This document shows, piece after piece, positions 30,279 through 39,338 of a stretch of 64,000 nucleotides of DNA (positions are counted from its first letter, which is position 1; each line of letters starts with the position of its first letter). A program made the translations under genes and the position numbers. Under the pieces are notes generated by a model. It made no database searches and had not been told where the DNA came from. It was given only the letters and a program-made list of their open reading frames with translations. Source of the stretch: Candidatus Latescibacterota bacterium (lineage in GTDB: Bacteria > Latescibacterota > UBA2968); the NCBI GenBank assembly GCA_965208125.1, contig OZ242320.1, positions 608,001 through 672,000 of the forward strand, written 5' to 3'.

Positions 30279-31285
30279 GTCCAAACAATATAATTGCCCG
30301 AATCCACCATAATGCGATGCACATACGTCTCGATCATCGCGTGGTTCCGCTCGTATTCTGAAGTCTTTAAACTGAAAGGCCGCAACACTGGAATTTGCAT
30401 CTCTGGATCTGTCCAATCTTGCACATAGACCGAAGAATTCATGCCGCTCAACACCACCTGAATATCGGTTATCAAATCATCCGTAAAATGATTGGGCAAA
30501 TCCCACAGCGCAATCTCGGCATTAAAAATCTGCAAATCAGATACAAACCGCGTCTTGTGACTCTGAACAGTCTCATTAAACGCCCGCTGCAACGCCACGC
30601 GCCCATCCAAATGCGTACACGTACGCACCAGAGGTCCCAAATCTTTGGGACACACCACCGCGTGAACCGTCGTCACCTTCTCATTCTCCCCCGGCACGGC
30701 CACAGCCAGCATCTTCTCTGCGACGCGAGGAGCAAAATCCGTCAAATTTGGATCGATAAATTGCCGGTGTTCCAATCCGGGCCAGTAAAAATGCCTCCCC
30801 ACATCCAGATGCTCGTGCATCTCCAACAAACCGTGAAACACGCACTCCAGCACAGTATTGCCCGCCGAAACGCCATTTGCCGAATCATTCAAATGCGGCA
30901 CATCCGACGCCTTCATATCGGTCGGCACGAGTTCGACATCAGAAGTCAACTCATAAATCGGAGTCTCTCGCCCGCTCGCCAGCGCGTCAAAAAACGAAAT
31001 GCGCTCGACCGCCTCTGCCATTGCCCCTGCCAGCACCTGCTGTTTGGAAAGCCCTTTGCCCATCGTGCGAAGCGCAATACCCTCCATCAGCGGCCCTTCG
31101 TATTTGCGAAACAGCGCCGACTGCACGTAATCCGTATAACAATCGGCAATCCACACCGTATTGTAAAACCGCCGCGCGCGCGTTTGAAATCGGCACTTTT
31201 TGGACAGCGCCTCCCCAAACCGCACAATGGTCTCCTCAAACGGAACCGTGCGATCGGCAATAACGATATGATGCGACTCACTCAT
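30275..31285 (-). CDS. YcaO-family ATP-dependent amide-activating enzyme (compact)
   Basis: GKG......AGAMAEAVER, NGVSAGNT..E...HGLLE..EH, H.D..VALQRAFNE..Q, D.T.P...IPV. Confidence 0.85.
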   Translation of the reverse strand: MSESHHIVIADRTVPFEETIVRFGEALSKKCRFQTRARRFYNTVWIADCYTDYVQSALFRKYEGPLMEGIALRTMGKGLSKQQVLAGAMAEAVERISFFDALASGRETPIYELTSDVELVPTDMKASDVPHLNDSANGVSAGNTVLECVFHGLLEMHEHLDVGRHFYWPGLEHRQFIDPNLTDFAPRVAEKMLAVAVPGENEKVTTVHAVVCPKDLGPLVRTCTHLDGRVALQRAFNETVQSHKTRFVSDLQIFNAEIALWDLPNHFTDDLITDIQVVLSGMNSSVYVQDWTDPEMQIPVLRPFSLKTSEYERNHAMIETYVHRIMVDSGNYIVWT

Positions 31286-32415
31286 TGCGCCCGTGCCCGA
31301 TTCATATCTTCAACCGCCTCGGCAAATCGTCCCATTTGCCGAAACGTCTCCGCGCGAAGTTCTCGCGCCCATCCATTTTCGGGATCGAGATCCAACGCCC
31401 GCGTAAAATCTGAAACCGCTGCCTCAAACTGCCCCAGCATCCGTCGGGACTCCCCGCGATTTGCCCAAACCCACGCGTCTCCGCCATCCAGCATCACCGC
31501 CCGATCAAAATCGACCAGCGACGCCTCGGGATCATTTTCCATCCGCAACGCAACGCCTCGCCCCATAAGCGCCCACAAATGATCGGGAAAAATCTCCAGC
31601 GCCTGTGTAAAATCGCGTATTGCTTCGGCACTTCGCCCCAATTGCCGCAACATATCACCCCGCGCGGCCAACAAATCCGGGTCGTCAGGTACGATAACGA
31701 GTGCGCGGTCAAAATCCAAAAGCGCGGCCTCCAATTGATCGCACTCTCGCAGCACCTCGCCCCGTCCGATCAACGCGCCCAGATGATCGGGCATCGCCTT
31801 CAGCGCCTCCCCAAACATCTCCATCGCGGCCTCAGCCTCACCAGCCTGTCGATAGACCTCCGCCCGTCCGGCAAACGCATCTGGATGCCCATTGCCCACA
31901 GCAATCGCCCGGTCAAAATCGCTCGCCGCCGCATCGCACTGCCCCAACTGCAACAACACGTGCCCGCGGCTGATCAGCGCGCCGAAATAATCTGCATCCA
32001 ACGCCAAAACCCGATTGAGATCCCCCAATGCCTCTTCAAACCGCCCCATCTCGCGCAGAGTCTCCCCCCGGCTGGCAAGTGCCTGCGTATTTTCCGGATC
32101 GAGCGCAACAGCCTTTCCAAAGCTATCTATCGCCGCATCAAACTGCCCCATCAACCCGCAGGCAATCGCGCGATTGCTCCACACCCAGGGATCATCTGGA
32201 GCCAGAGCGATTGCGCGGTCAAAATCTGCAACAGCCGCATCAAATCTCCCCAATTGCCCATAAGTAATCCCGCGCTGAACAAACACAACGGGATCGCAAT
32301 CTCGGATCGCAACAGCCGCATCAAAATCCGCAACAGCCGCTTTCAGATCGCCGCCATCGCGGTGCGCAATAGCGCGCTGAACCACAGCGTCAAAGTCATT
32401 TATAGATAGAGACAT
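31282..32415 (-). CDS. All-TPR protein (about 11 repeats)
   Basis: 34-aa periodic RG......G..EAA..DFDRA..L.P; stop overlaps the YcaO ATG. Confidence 0.9.
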   Translation of the reverse strand: MSLSINDFDAVVQRAIAHRDGGDLKAAVADFDAAVAIRDCDPVVFVQRGITYGQLGRFDAAVADFDRAIALAPDDPWVWSNRAIACGLMGQFDAAIDSFGKAVALDPENTQALASRGETLREMGRFEEALGDLNRVLALDADYFGALISRGHVLLQLGQCDAAASDFDRAIAVGNGHPDAFAGRAEVYRQAGEAEAAMEMFGEALKAMPDHLGALIGRGEVLRECDQLEAALLDFDRALVIVPDDPDLLAARGDMLRQLGRSAEAIRDFTQALEIFPDHLWALMGRGVALRMENDPEASLVDFDRAVMLDGGDAWVWANRGESRRMLGQFEAAVSDFTRALDLDPENGWARELRAETFRQMGRFAEAVEDMNRARAQ

Positions 32416-32533
32416 AGAAGAAAATAATGGGAACCACAAAACACCCGAAACGTCTCCACAATGTAGATAAACCAAACCCCAAAATCAAGCGCAAACCCCG
32501 TGACATTTTGCACGCGATTTAGTATATTACAGC

Positions 32534-32614
32534 GGTGAGAGGTAAGCGGTAAGAGGTAAGATGACCGCCCTACCCCTCTCACGTCTCACTTCTCACCGCC
32601 TCTTAACGTCTCAC
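32534..32614. repeat. Heptamer tandem repeats in inverted arrangement
   Basis: GGTGAGA GGTAAGC GGTAAGA GGTAAGA followed by (C/G/T)TCTCAC repeats. Confidence 0.65.
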
Positions 32615-32630
32615 CTTATGGAGGAACACC

Positions 32631-33941
32631 ATGAAACATTTGCAAATGCGTATTTTCTCTCTCGCCCTATTTCTGTGCTTATGCACAACAGCTTTTGCCC
32701 AACCTGGAGTGGGTGAAAAAGTAGGTGAATTTCAACTCCAGGCCACCGATGGCAGGTTTTACGGCGTCAATCATTCGAACAACACGGTATCCGTCCTCTT
32801 TTTTGTCGGCTACAACTGAGGGACTTGCATAGGGGCGGGTCCCGCCTTTGAACAAAATATCCACCAGCGCAACAAAGACAAAACCGGCGTACAGATCCTC
32901 ACACTGGACAGATATGACGGCAACCGCGCACAGGCAACATCCTATCTGACACAATCCAGCGTCACAACACCGCTGCTCACAAGTGCCTCTGGCGTCTCCA
33001 GGAACCTCGGCACCCGAAACGAAGATATCCTCGTCGTTGACCAGGAAGGCATCTTGCGCCTCAGGACCACTGCAATCGCCAGTGGCTCTCATGATCTGAT
33101 CAACGCACAAATCGACGCTCTTCTCAACAAAACGCCCGTTATCACCCTGTTCCCGCGAGAGCTTTACTTCGGCACAACCCTTGAAGTGGGGCAATCCAAA
33201 ACTATAGAATTTAAGATCGAAAATACTGGTGCAGGTCCCCTCGAAATCACCGGATACACGGCTCCTACAGGCATCACAATGGAGCCATCCTCACTGACCA
33301 TAGCCCCCGGCGAAAGCAAAACCGTACAAATCACCCTGACACCAACACAGGCCGGGACATTCTCGGGTAAAATCACCCTAAAACACGGCGAACAAAGTGT
33401 TGGCACCCTGGAAATCCCCTTTGCCAACCTCACCATCGAAGCGCCCCAACTCCCGGTCATTTCACTGGTTCAGGAAAATTTGAGCCTGGATGAAATCGAA
33501 GTGGGTAAAGACTTCACAACAACATTCGCCATCACAAATACTGGTACAGGTCCGCTCACCATCACAGACATCCAATCCAACATCGCGGGCATTGCATTTT
33601 CAGAAACCCAATTAACAGTGCCACCCGGCCAATCTCAGAATATCACAGTGACTTTCAATCCGCCAGCCGAAGGTCCCATCACCGGCACCATCGACATAAT
33701 CTCAGACGACCCGGAAAAAGCCTCAATCAGCCTGACCATCACCGGCTCGGCCATCTTCATCCCCGCTGATCCACGCACCGACTTCGACGGTTCGCGCACC
33801 ATTGACTTCTCGGACTTCCTCTTGTTCGTAAGTGCCTTTGGCACGGCCAATACGACCTTCGATCTCGACGGATCCGGCACTGTTGACTTCCCCGATTTTC
33901 TCATCTTTGTCGCAAACTTTGGGAAAACAATCAATTCCTGA
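32631..33941 (+). CDS. Probable secreted selenoprotein: redoxin (UxxC) + two Ig-like (ASH/choice-of-anchor D) domains + dockerin-like EF-hand pair
   Basis: ORFs 32631-32819 and 33054-33941 share a frame; reading through TGA 32817 gives VLFFVGYN-U-GTC...VQILTLD...ILVVDQEGILR (redoxin fold); DFDGSRTIDFSDFLLFVSAFG and DLDGSGTVDFPDFLIFVANFG at the C-terminus; GGAGG RBS. Confidence 0.85.
32825..32855 (+). promoter_or_regulatory. Bacterial SECIS-like stem-loop
   Basis: AGGGGCGG-GUC-CCGCCUUU at +12..+30 after the UGA; GGU is codon +7, the same spacing as in the E. coli fdhF SECIS as I recall it. Confidence 0.7.
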
Positions 33942-33945
33942 AAAA

Positions 33946-33971
33946 CGGGCGGGTTTAAAACCCGCCCCTAC
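33946..33971. repeat. GTAG-type REP-like palindrome
   Basis: CGGGCGGGTTT-A-AAACCCGCCC-CTAC. Confidence 0.7.
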
Positions 33972-34025
33972 ATCATTATATATAACCTCCTGCGAGATCA
34001 TCGGTGTTAATCCGTGTTGCTTTCC

Positions 34026-34715
34026 ATGTCCCACCGCCAAACACTCATCAACGCATTCAAACGCATCCTCGAAATAGCGGATCACAACCATCTCTATTTG
34101 CCCTTTCAACGCGACAGCAAATTGCGGGCAGAACACTTTCCCGGCGCAGGGTCTAAAATCGGGCGAAAAAAACTCATCGACGCATATCTCTGTGAATTTG
34201 GCGGCACCAACCCCGATGAAAAATTGCTCCAACACGCCACCTATCCCTGGATTCACGGGTACGACGCCAGCCTCACGCATATTCTCGACGACCTTCGCAA
34301 GCATCAAAAGAAAGCACCCGAAGAACTTTCTCTTGACCGAAAGCGCGAACTCGAAAAAAAATTTACCCGCACGGGTGCCGAAGAAATCTCTGCCTTCTGG
34401 AGCGTATATGCCGCCGCCAGCCACAGCTATCGCAAAAGCGTCATAGAAATGCTCGCCCGCGTCGCCCCCCCCGAAGCAGCCCCTCCGACCATACAGCCCA
34501 CAACGCGCGATTCCTCTCAAATCGAACCCGCCACACAGTCGGGATATGCCTTGATGGGCGCGCTTATCTTCTTTGTCCCTACCCTTATATTTACTATAAT
34601 ACAATACTGGCGACTTCCACACGAAAGCCACTATATCGCTCTATCAATCGCCGGATTTTTTGGGATAGTCACACTCATCTTCCTCATCGACTACTTGCGT
34701 AAACGCAACACCTGA
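34026..34715 (+). CDS. Hypothetical protein with two C-terminal TM helices
   Basis: Codon style matches neighbours; two hydrophobic segments at the end; no family recognised. Confidence 0.65.
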   Translation: MSHRQTLINAFKRILEIADHNHLYLPFQRDSKLRAEHFPGAGSKIGRKKLIDAYLCEFGGTNPDEKLLQHATYPWIHGYDASLTHILDDLRKHQKKAPEELSLDRKRELEKKFTRTGAEEISAFWSVYAAASHSYRKSVIEMLARVAPPEAAPPTIQPTTRDSSQIEPATQSGYALMGALIFFVPTLIFTIIQYWRLPHESHYIALSIAGFFGIVTLIFLIDYLRKRNT

Positions 34716-34720
34716 TCACA

Positions 34721-36535
34721 ATGAAACGCCCTCTCGTCATCGCACTCTTTCTCGCCCTCCCACTTCGCCTCTGGGCAAATCCCCTCCAAACAGGTGCTGA
34801 AGAGGTTCCATTCAGTATCGGCGACACCCTCAATGATTTCGCCCTTGCCGACCTCAATGGCTCGCCCGTTACCCTCAGTGATTTATCTCAGAACCGCGCA
34901 CTCGTCATCATCTTCAGTTCCGTCGTCTGCCCTGCCTCGCTGAAATACGACATACACCGCACACAACTTCACGAACAATATGCCCCCAAAGGCGTACACT
35001 TGATCTCTGTAAATGCCAACTTTAACGAAACGGACAGAGACATCAAAGAACACTACGCCCAGAACCCCGTACCCTTCGATGTCCTGCGCGACCCGCACAA
35101 TAAACTCGCCGATCACCTCGGCGCGACCCACACCCCCCATGCCTTTCTCTTTGACGCCCAGCGCCGCCTGCGCTACAAGGGCGAAATCGACAACGGCTGG
35201 GGCATCCCCGAAGACACGACCTCGCGCGGTTTATGGGATGCCCTCGATGCACTGCTCGCCAACCGCGAAATTGTCAACACCAACCTGCCCAGTTTTGGCT
35301 GTGAAATCAGACGCATGCCCCGGCCAACAACTGTCGCGAACACCTCTATCCCAACATTTTATCGCGACATCCTGCCCCTGCTCCAAAACCGCTGTCAGAA
35401 CTGTCATCGCCCCGGCGGCATCGGGCGCGTACCCTTTTTCGACTACACAGAAGTACTCGCCTGGGCCTATCAGATGCGCGACTCCATCGAAGCCCGCATC
35501 ATGCCGCCCTGGAAAGCACGCCCCGAATACGGCGACTTCAAAAATTCCCGCAGACTCACAAATACCGAAATTCACACCTTCGCGCAATGGGTCAACAACG
35601 GCATGCCAGAGGGCAATCCCTCCAACCAACCCCAACCCATTGCATTTTCCAAAAGCTGGACCCTGGGCACACCCGACCTGACCCTCGAACCCGAAGCACC
35701 CTATCCACTCGAAGCTGTAGGGCGCGATGAATACCGCTGCTTTGTCTTGCCCACAAAACAGGACACGAGCAACTACGTATCGGCCATTGAAGTCCTGCCC
35801 GGAGAACGCGAAGTCGTCCACCACGTCAGCGTGTACATCGACATCTCTGGCAAAGCGAGCCTGCAACAGGAAAATTCGCCCTCGCCGGGATACCCATGCT
35901 TTGGCGGCATTGGCGTGCCCATCTACGAATCTCTGGGCGGTTGGGCACCCGGCAACACCCCCTTTGTCCTTCCAGATGGCACGGGCCGCGATTTACCGCC
36001 CAACAGCGACATCATCCTTCAGATCCACTATCACAAAATTGGTCGCGCCGTAAAAGATCATTCTCGACTGGGCATCTACTTTGCCAAAAAACCCGTACAA
36101 AAACAGCTCAGAGAAGAAGTCATCAACAGCCGCTTGCTCTTCATTCCACCCAACATCAAACGACACAGAGTAACCGGAGCACTCACCATCACCCGCGACC
36201 AGCACCTGCTCGGCATCTTGCCCCACATGCACCTGCTCGGCACAGAAATGAAAATAACCGCAACCTATCCCGACGGCACGCAACAACCCTTAATATGGGT
36301 CAAACCCTGGGACTTTAACTGGCAAGAAACCTACGTGTACAAAATACCCATCGCACTCCCGCGCGGCACACGCATCGCGCTCGAAGCCTTTTACGACAAC
36401 TCTGCCGACAATCCCCGAAATCCCAACAATCCCCCCAGGCTGGTGCGCTGGGGCGAAAAATCAACCGACGAAATGTGTACTGCATTTCTCTATGTCACGC
36501 ACGATGATGAAAACTTAACAACAGGTAAGAGGTGA
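34721..36535 (+). CDS. Exported redoxin + c-heme + copper type II ascorbate-dependent monooxygenase-like fusion
   Basis: Signal peptide; CPAS redoxin with ATHTP and FGC; CQNCH; VVHH, QIHYH, PHMH, WDFNWQ, DEMC. Confidence 0.82.
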   Translation: MKRPLVIALFLALPLRLWANPLQTGAEEVPFSIGDTLNDFALADLNGSPVTLSDLSQNRALVIIFSSVVCPASLKYDIHRTQLHEQYAPKGVHLISVNANFNETDRDIKEHYAQNPVPFDVLRDPHNKLADHLGATHTPHAFLFDAQRRLRYKGEIDNGWGIPEDTTSRGLWDALDALLANREIVNTNLPSFGCEIRRMPRPTTVANTSIPTFYRDILPLLQNRCQNCHRPGGIGRVPFFDYTEVLAWAYQMRDSIEARIMPPWKARPEYGDFKNSRRLTNTEIHTFAQWVNNGMPEGNPSNQPQPIAFSKSWTLGTPDLTLEPEAPYPLEAVGRDEYRCFVLPTKQDTSNYVSAIEVLPGEREVVHHVSVYIDISGKASLQQENSPSPGYPCFGGIGVPIYESLGGWAPGNTPFVLPDGTGRDLPPNSDIILQIHYHKIGRAVKDHSRLGIYFAKKPVQKQLREEVINSRLLFIPPNIKRHRVTGALTITRDQHLLGILPHMHLLGTEMKITATYPDGTQQPLIWVKPWDFNWQETYVYKIPIALPRGTRIALEAFYDNSADNPRNPNNPPRLVRWGEKSTDEMCTAFLYVTHDDENLTTGKR

Positions 36536-36536
36536 C

Positions 36537-38132
36537 ATGAAAAAACTCCTCAAACTCAGCATCCTCATCACCCTGATCCACGCGCCCATCCACGCCCAAT
36601 GGAATATCGCCGTATTGCCACATGAAAACACATTGGGCGACCCGCAGTGGAATTGGCTCTCCGCAGCCATTGTCGAAGGATATATCAACGCCTATTACCA
36701 TGTGCCCAAAATACATGCTGTTGACGAAGAATATCTGCGCCACAAACTCGGAGACACGCCAGTAAGCTCCTCTGACCTTGCACAAAAATTGAACATCCAC
36801 CTGATTTTAAGTGGGCGTTACGACATTGTGGGGTCCCGCATCCAAATCGAAACCGACATGCTTCAGGCAACCACAGGCGAAGTCATCGAAACCTTTGCGG
36901 GTCAGGCATCCATCTCTACTCCGCTCGACGCCATATTGCCCGTACTCTACGCCATTGCAAATCAGTTAAACGTGACCCTGACACCCCATGAAAAAACCCG
37001 CCTGCAAATCCCCATGTTTCACGATCCACAAGCTCTTCACATCGCAACCGAAAGCATGGTGGCACTGTATCGGGCGCTGCGACAATCTCCCATTGACGAC
37101 GCTCTGCTTACACAGGCTGAAGGCGGTCTAAAACGCGCCGTACAACACGATGTCAAAAGTGCGATGCCCCACTACTATCTCGGCCGCATACACGAAACGC
37201 GCAACAAAATAACAGAAGCGGAAAACGCCTATCGCAACGCCCTCAAAATCGACTTTGAACACGTTGCCGCGCGCTATCGCCTTGCCCTGATCCTCAAAAA
37301 ACGCGGACACACAGAAGAAGCCATGAGCGAACTCGAACAGGCCATCCAGCAGTCGCCCTTAAACCCCGATATTCAGACAGCCCTATCCAGCATGTTTTTT
37401 AATCAATACGCCCAAACCTTTGAAACCATCACCACCCAACTGCGCCAGGCCATCCAGGCCAACCCAAATGATCCCATTGCCTGTTATGAACTCGCCAATG
37501 CTTATAACGAACTCGACCGCATCGACGAAGCCACAAATTATTACCATCAAGCCCTACAACGCGATTCCACACTCGCCGATGCACATTTCAAACTCGGCCT
37601 CATTGCACACCGCAAAGGGGAACACGAAAAAGCCATTGACCACCTTCAAAAAGCCGCAGCGCACAACACCCAATTCACCCGCGTCCATTTCCGCCTCGGC
37701 ACCATCTTCCACCTTATCGAGCACTACGACGCGGCAATCAAAGCCTTTTCAAAAGCTATCGAAGTCGAACCCAATTACGTCATCCCGCGCTATCACCTCG
37801 GCCTGAGCTATCTCGCAAACGCGCAGCCAGACAGCGCTTATGAAGCCTTCCAGAAATACGCCGAACTCACCTCAGACGACCACCGCCCGTATTTCCAAAT
37901 GGCCGAGATCGCCCGGCAAAAAGGCGAACATGAACGCGCAATAGACGGGTATATACGCGCAATCGCCATCAGCCCTGTTCACGTACCCTCACACCTCCGC
38001 CTGGGCTATCTCCATGCCGAACAACAACGCTTTGACCTCGCTGTCCAGCAATTGCAAACTGTACTGCGCCTACAACCCGATCACCCGGAGGCCGAGAAAA
38101 TCCTCGCCGACATCCAGAAATGGACACCATGA
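36537..38132 (+). CDS. Exported TolB-N/CsgG-like domain + TPR protein
   Basis: Signal peptide, IAVLP.EN......WLS, then multiple TPRs. Confidence 0.78.
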   Translation: MKKLLKLSILITLIHAPIHAQWNIAVLPHENTLGDPQWNWLSAAIVEGYINAYYHVPKIHAVDEEYLRHKLGDTPVSSSDLAQKLNIHLILSGRYDIVGSRIQIETDMLQATTGEVIETFAGQASISTPLDAILPVLYAIANQLNVTLTPHEKTRLQIPMFHDPQALHIATESMVALYRALRQSPIDDALLTQAEGGLKRAVQHDVKSAMPHYYLGRIHETRNKITEAENAYRNALKIDFEHVAARYRLALILKKRGHTEEAMSELEQAIQQSPLNPDIQTALSSMFFNQYAQTFETITTQLRQAIQANPNDPIACYELANAYNELDRIDEATNYYHQALQRDSTLADAHFKLGLIAHRKGEHEKAIDHLQKAAAHNTQFTRVHFRLGTIFHLIEHYDAAIKAFSKAIEVEPNYVIPRYHLGLSYLANAQPDSAYEAFQKYAELTSDDHRPYFQMAEIARQKGEHERAIDGYIRAIAISPVHVPSHLRLGYLHAEQQRFDLAVQQLQTVLRLQPDHPEAEKILADIQKWTP

Positions 38133-38842
38133 ACCTGCTCAAAAAATGTGGTGCCGAATTTATCGGCGCATTTGCCATCGTCTTTGGCGGATGTGGTGCC
38201 GTCGCCATCAACCAGCTATCCGAAGGCGCCATCACCCATGTGGGCATTGCAACATCCTTTGGCCTCATCGTCATGACAATGGTTTACGCCACCGGGCACA
38301 TCTCGGGCGCGCACTTCAATCCCGCCGTCACCACCGCCTTTGCCTGCACCCGTCACTTTCCCAAACGCGAAATCCTGCCCTACATCGCAGCCCAATGCCT
38401 CGGAGCCATCGCCGCCAGCGGCATTCACCTGTGGTCTCTTACGCCCATCTTAAAATCAAAACACCCACAGCAGACCCTCAACCTGGGTGTCACACAACCG
38501 ATGGACAATCTTTTTACCACAGCTTTTATCTGGGAATTCTTACTCACCTTCTTCTTAATGCTCGTCATCATGGCCGTTGCCACAGACTATCGCGCCACGG
38601 GTCAAGCCGCCGGCCTGGCCATCGGCGGCACCATCTGGTTTGAAGCTATGTTTGCCGGTCCGCTATGCGGAGCCTCCATGAATCCAGCGCGCAGCCTTGG
38701 CCCCGCTCTGGCCGCTGGTGATTGGACCCATTTTCCCGCTTACGTATTCGGCCCCATTCTCGGCGCAACTGCAGGCGCGTTTTTTTACGAATTCATCCGC
38801 TGCCATTCCGAACCCGGCACCGATGTCAAAGGTTGTTGTTAA
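38129..38842 (+). CDS. MIP-family aquaporin (AqpS-like, probable arsenite channel)
   Basis: SGAHFNPAVT and GASMNPARS; C-terminal GCC; adjacent to arsC. Confidence 0.9.
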   Translation: MNLLKKCGAEFIGAFAIVFGGCGAVAINQLSEGAITHVGIATSFGLIVMTMVYATGHISGAHFNPAVTTAFACTRHFPKREILPYIAAQCLGAIAASGIHLWSLTPILKSKHPQQTLNLGVTQPMDNLFTTAFIWEFLLTFFLMLVIMAVATDYRATGQAAGLAIGGTIWFEAMFAGPLCGASMNPARSLGPALAAGDWTHFPAYVFGPILGATAGAFFYEFIRCHSEPGTDVKGCC

Positions 38843-38878
38843 AAGCGGTTAGCACAAACTAAGCAGCATCTAAATGCT

Positions 38879-38915
38879 TGTAATTCTCAATTTTTAATTT
38901 TTAATTTCTAATTCT
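38879..38915. repeat. AT-rich heptamer tandem repeat
   Basis: TAATTCTC AATTTTT AATTTTT AATTTCT AATTCT. Confidence 0.55.
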
Positions 38916-39338
38916 ATGAACCGCGTACTCATCCTCTGCACGGGCAACTCCTGCCGCAGCCAGATGGCGCAAGGACTATTTAGCCATCTGAGCAATGGCA
39001 CTTACGACGCCTATAGCGCAGGTGTCAGCCCTACAACAGTCAATCCACTCGCCATTCTCGCCATGCGTGAAATCGGCATCGACATATCCCACCACACATC
39101 CGACAGCATCGAACAATATCTCAATCGAAACTTTGATCTCGTCATCACCGTTTGCGACAACGCAAACGAAAATTGTCCGATCTTCCCGGGCGCCAAAAAC
39201 ACGCGACACTGGCCCTTTGAAGACCCCGCTGATGCCAAAGGTACAGAAGAAGAACGAATGCGCGTATTCCGCAAAGTGCGCGACAAAATACGCGACAAAA
39301 TCGCAAACTTCCTCCACATAAAAAAAGCCTCGAGATAA
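38916..39338 (+). CDS. arsC: Thioredoxin-dependent arsenate reductase (LMW-PTP fold)
   Basis: CTGNSCRSQMA, TVCD.A.E.CP.FP, HWPFEDP. Confidence 0.92.
   Translation: MNRVLILCTGNSCRSQMAQGLFSHLSNGTYDAYSAGVSPTTVNPLAILAMREIGIDISHHTSDSIEQYLNRNFDLVITVCDNANENCPIFPGAKNTRHWPFEDPADAKGTEEERMRVFRKVRDKIRDKIANFLHIKKASR

Noticed and set aside
32631-33941. Two separate ORFs (62 aa and 295 aa) or a pseudogene
   Set aside because: Same frame, continuous redoxin fold, UxxC motif and a well-placed hairpin favour recoding
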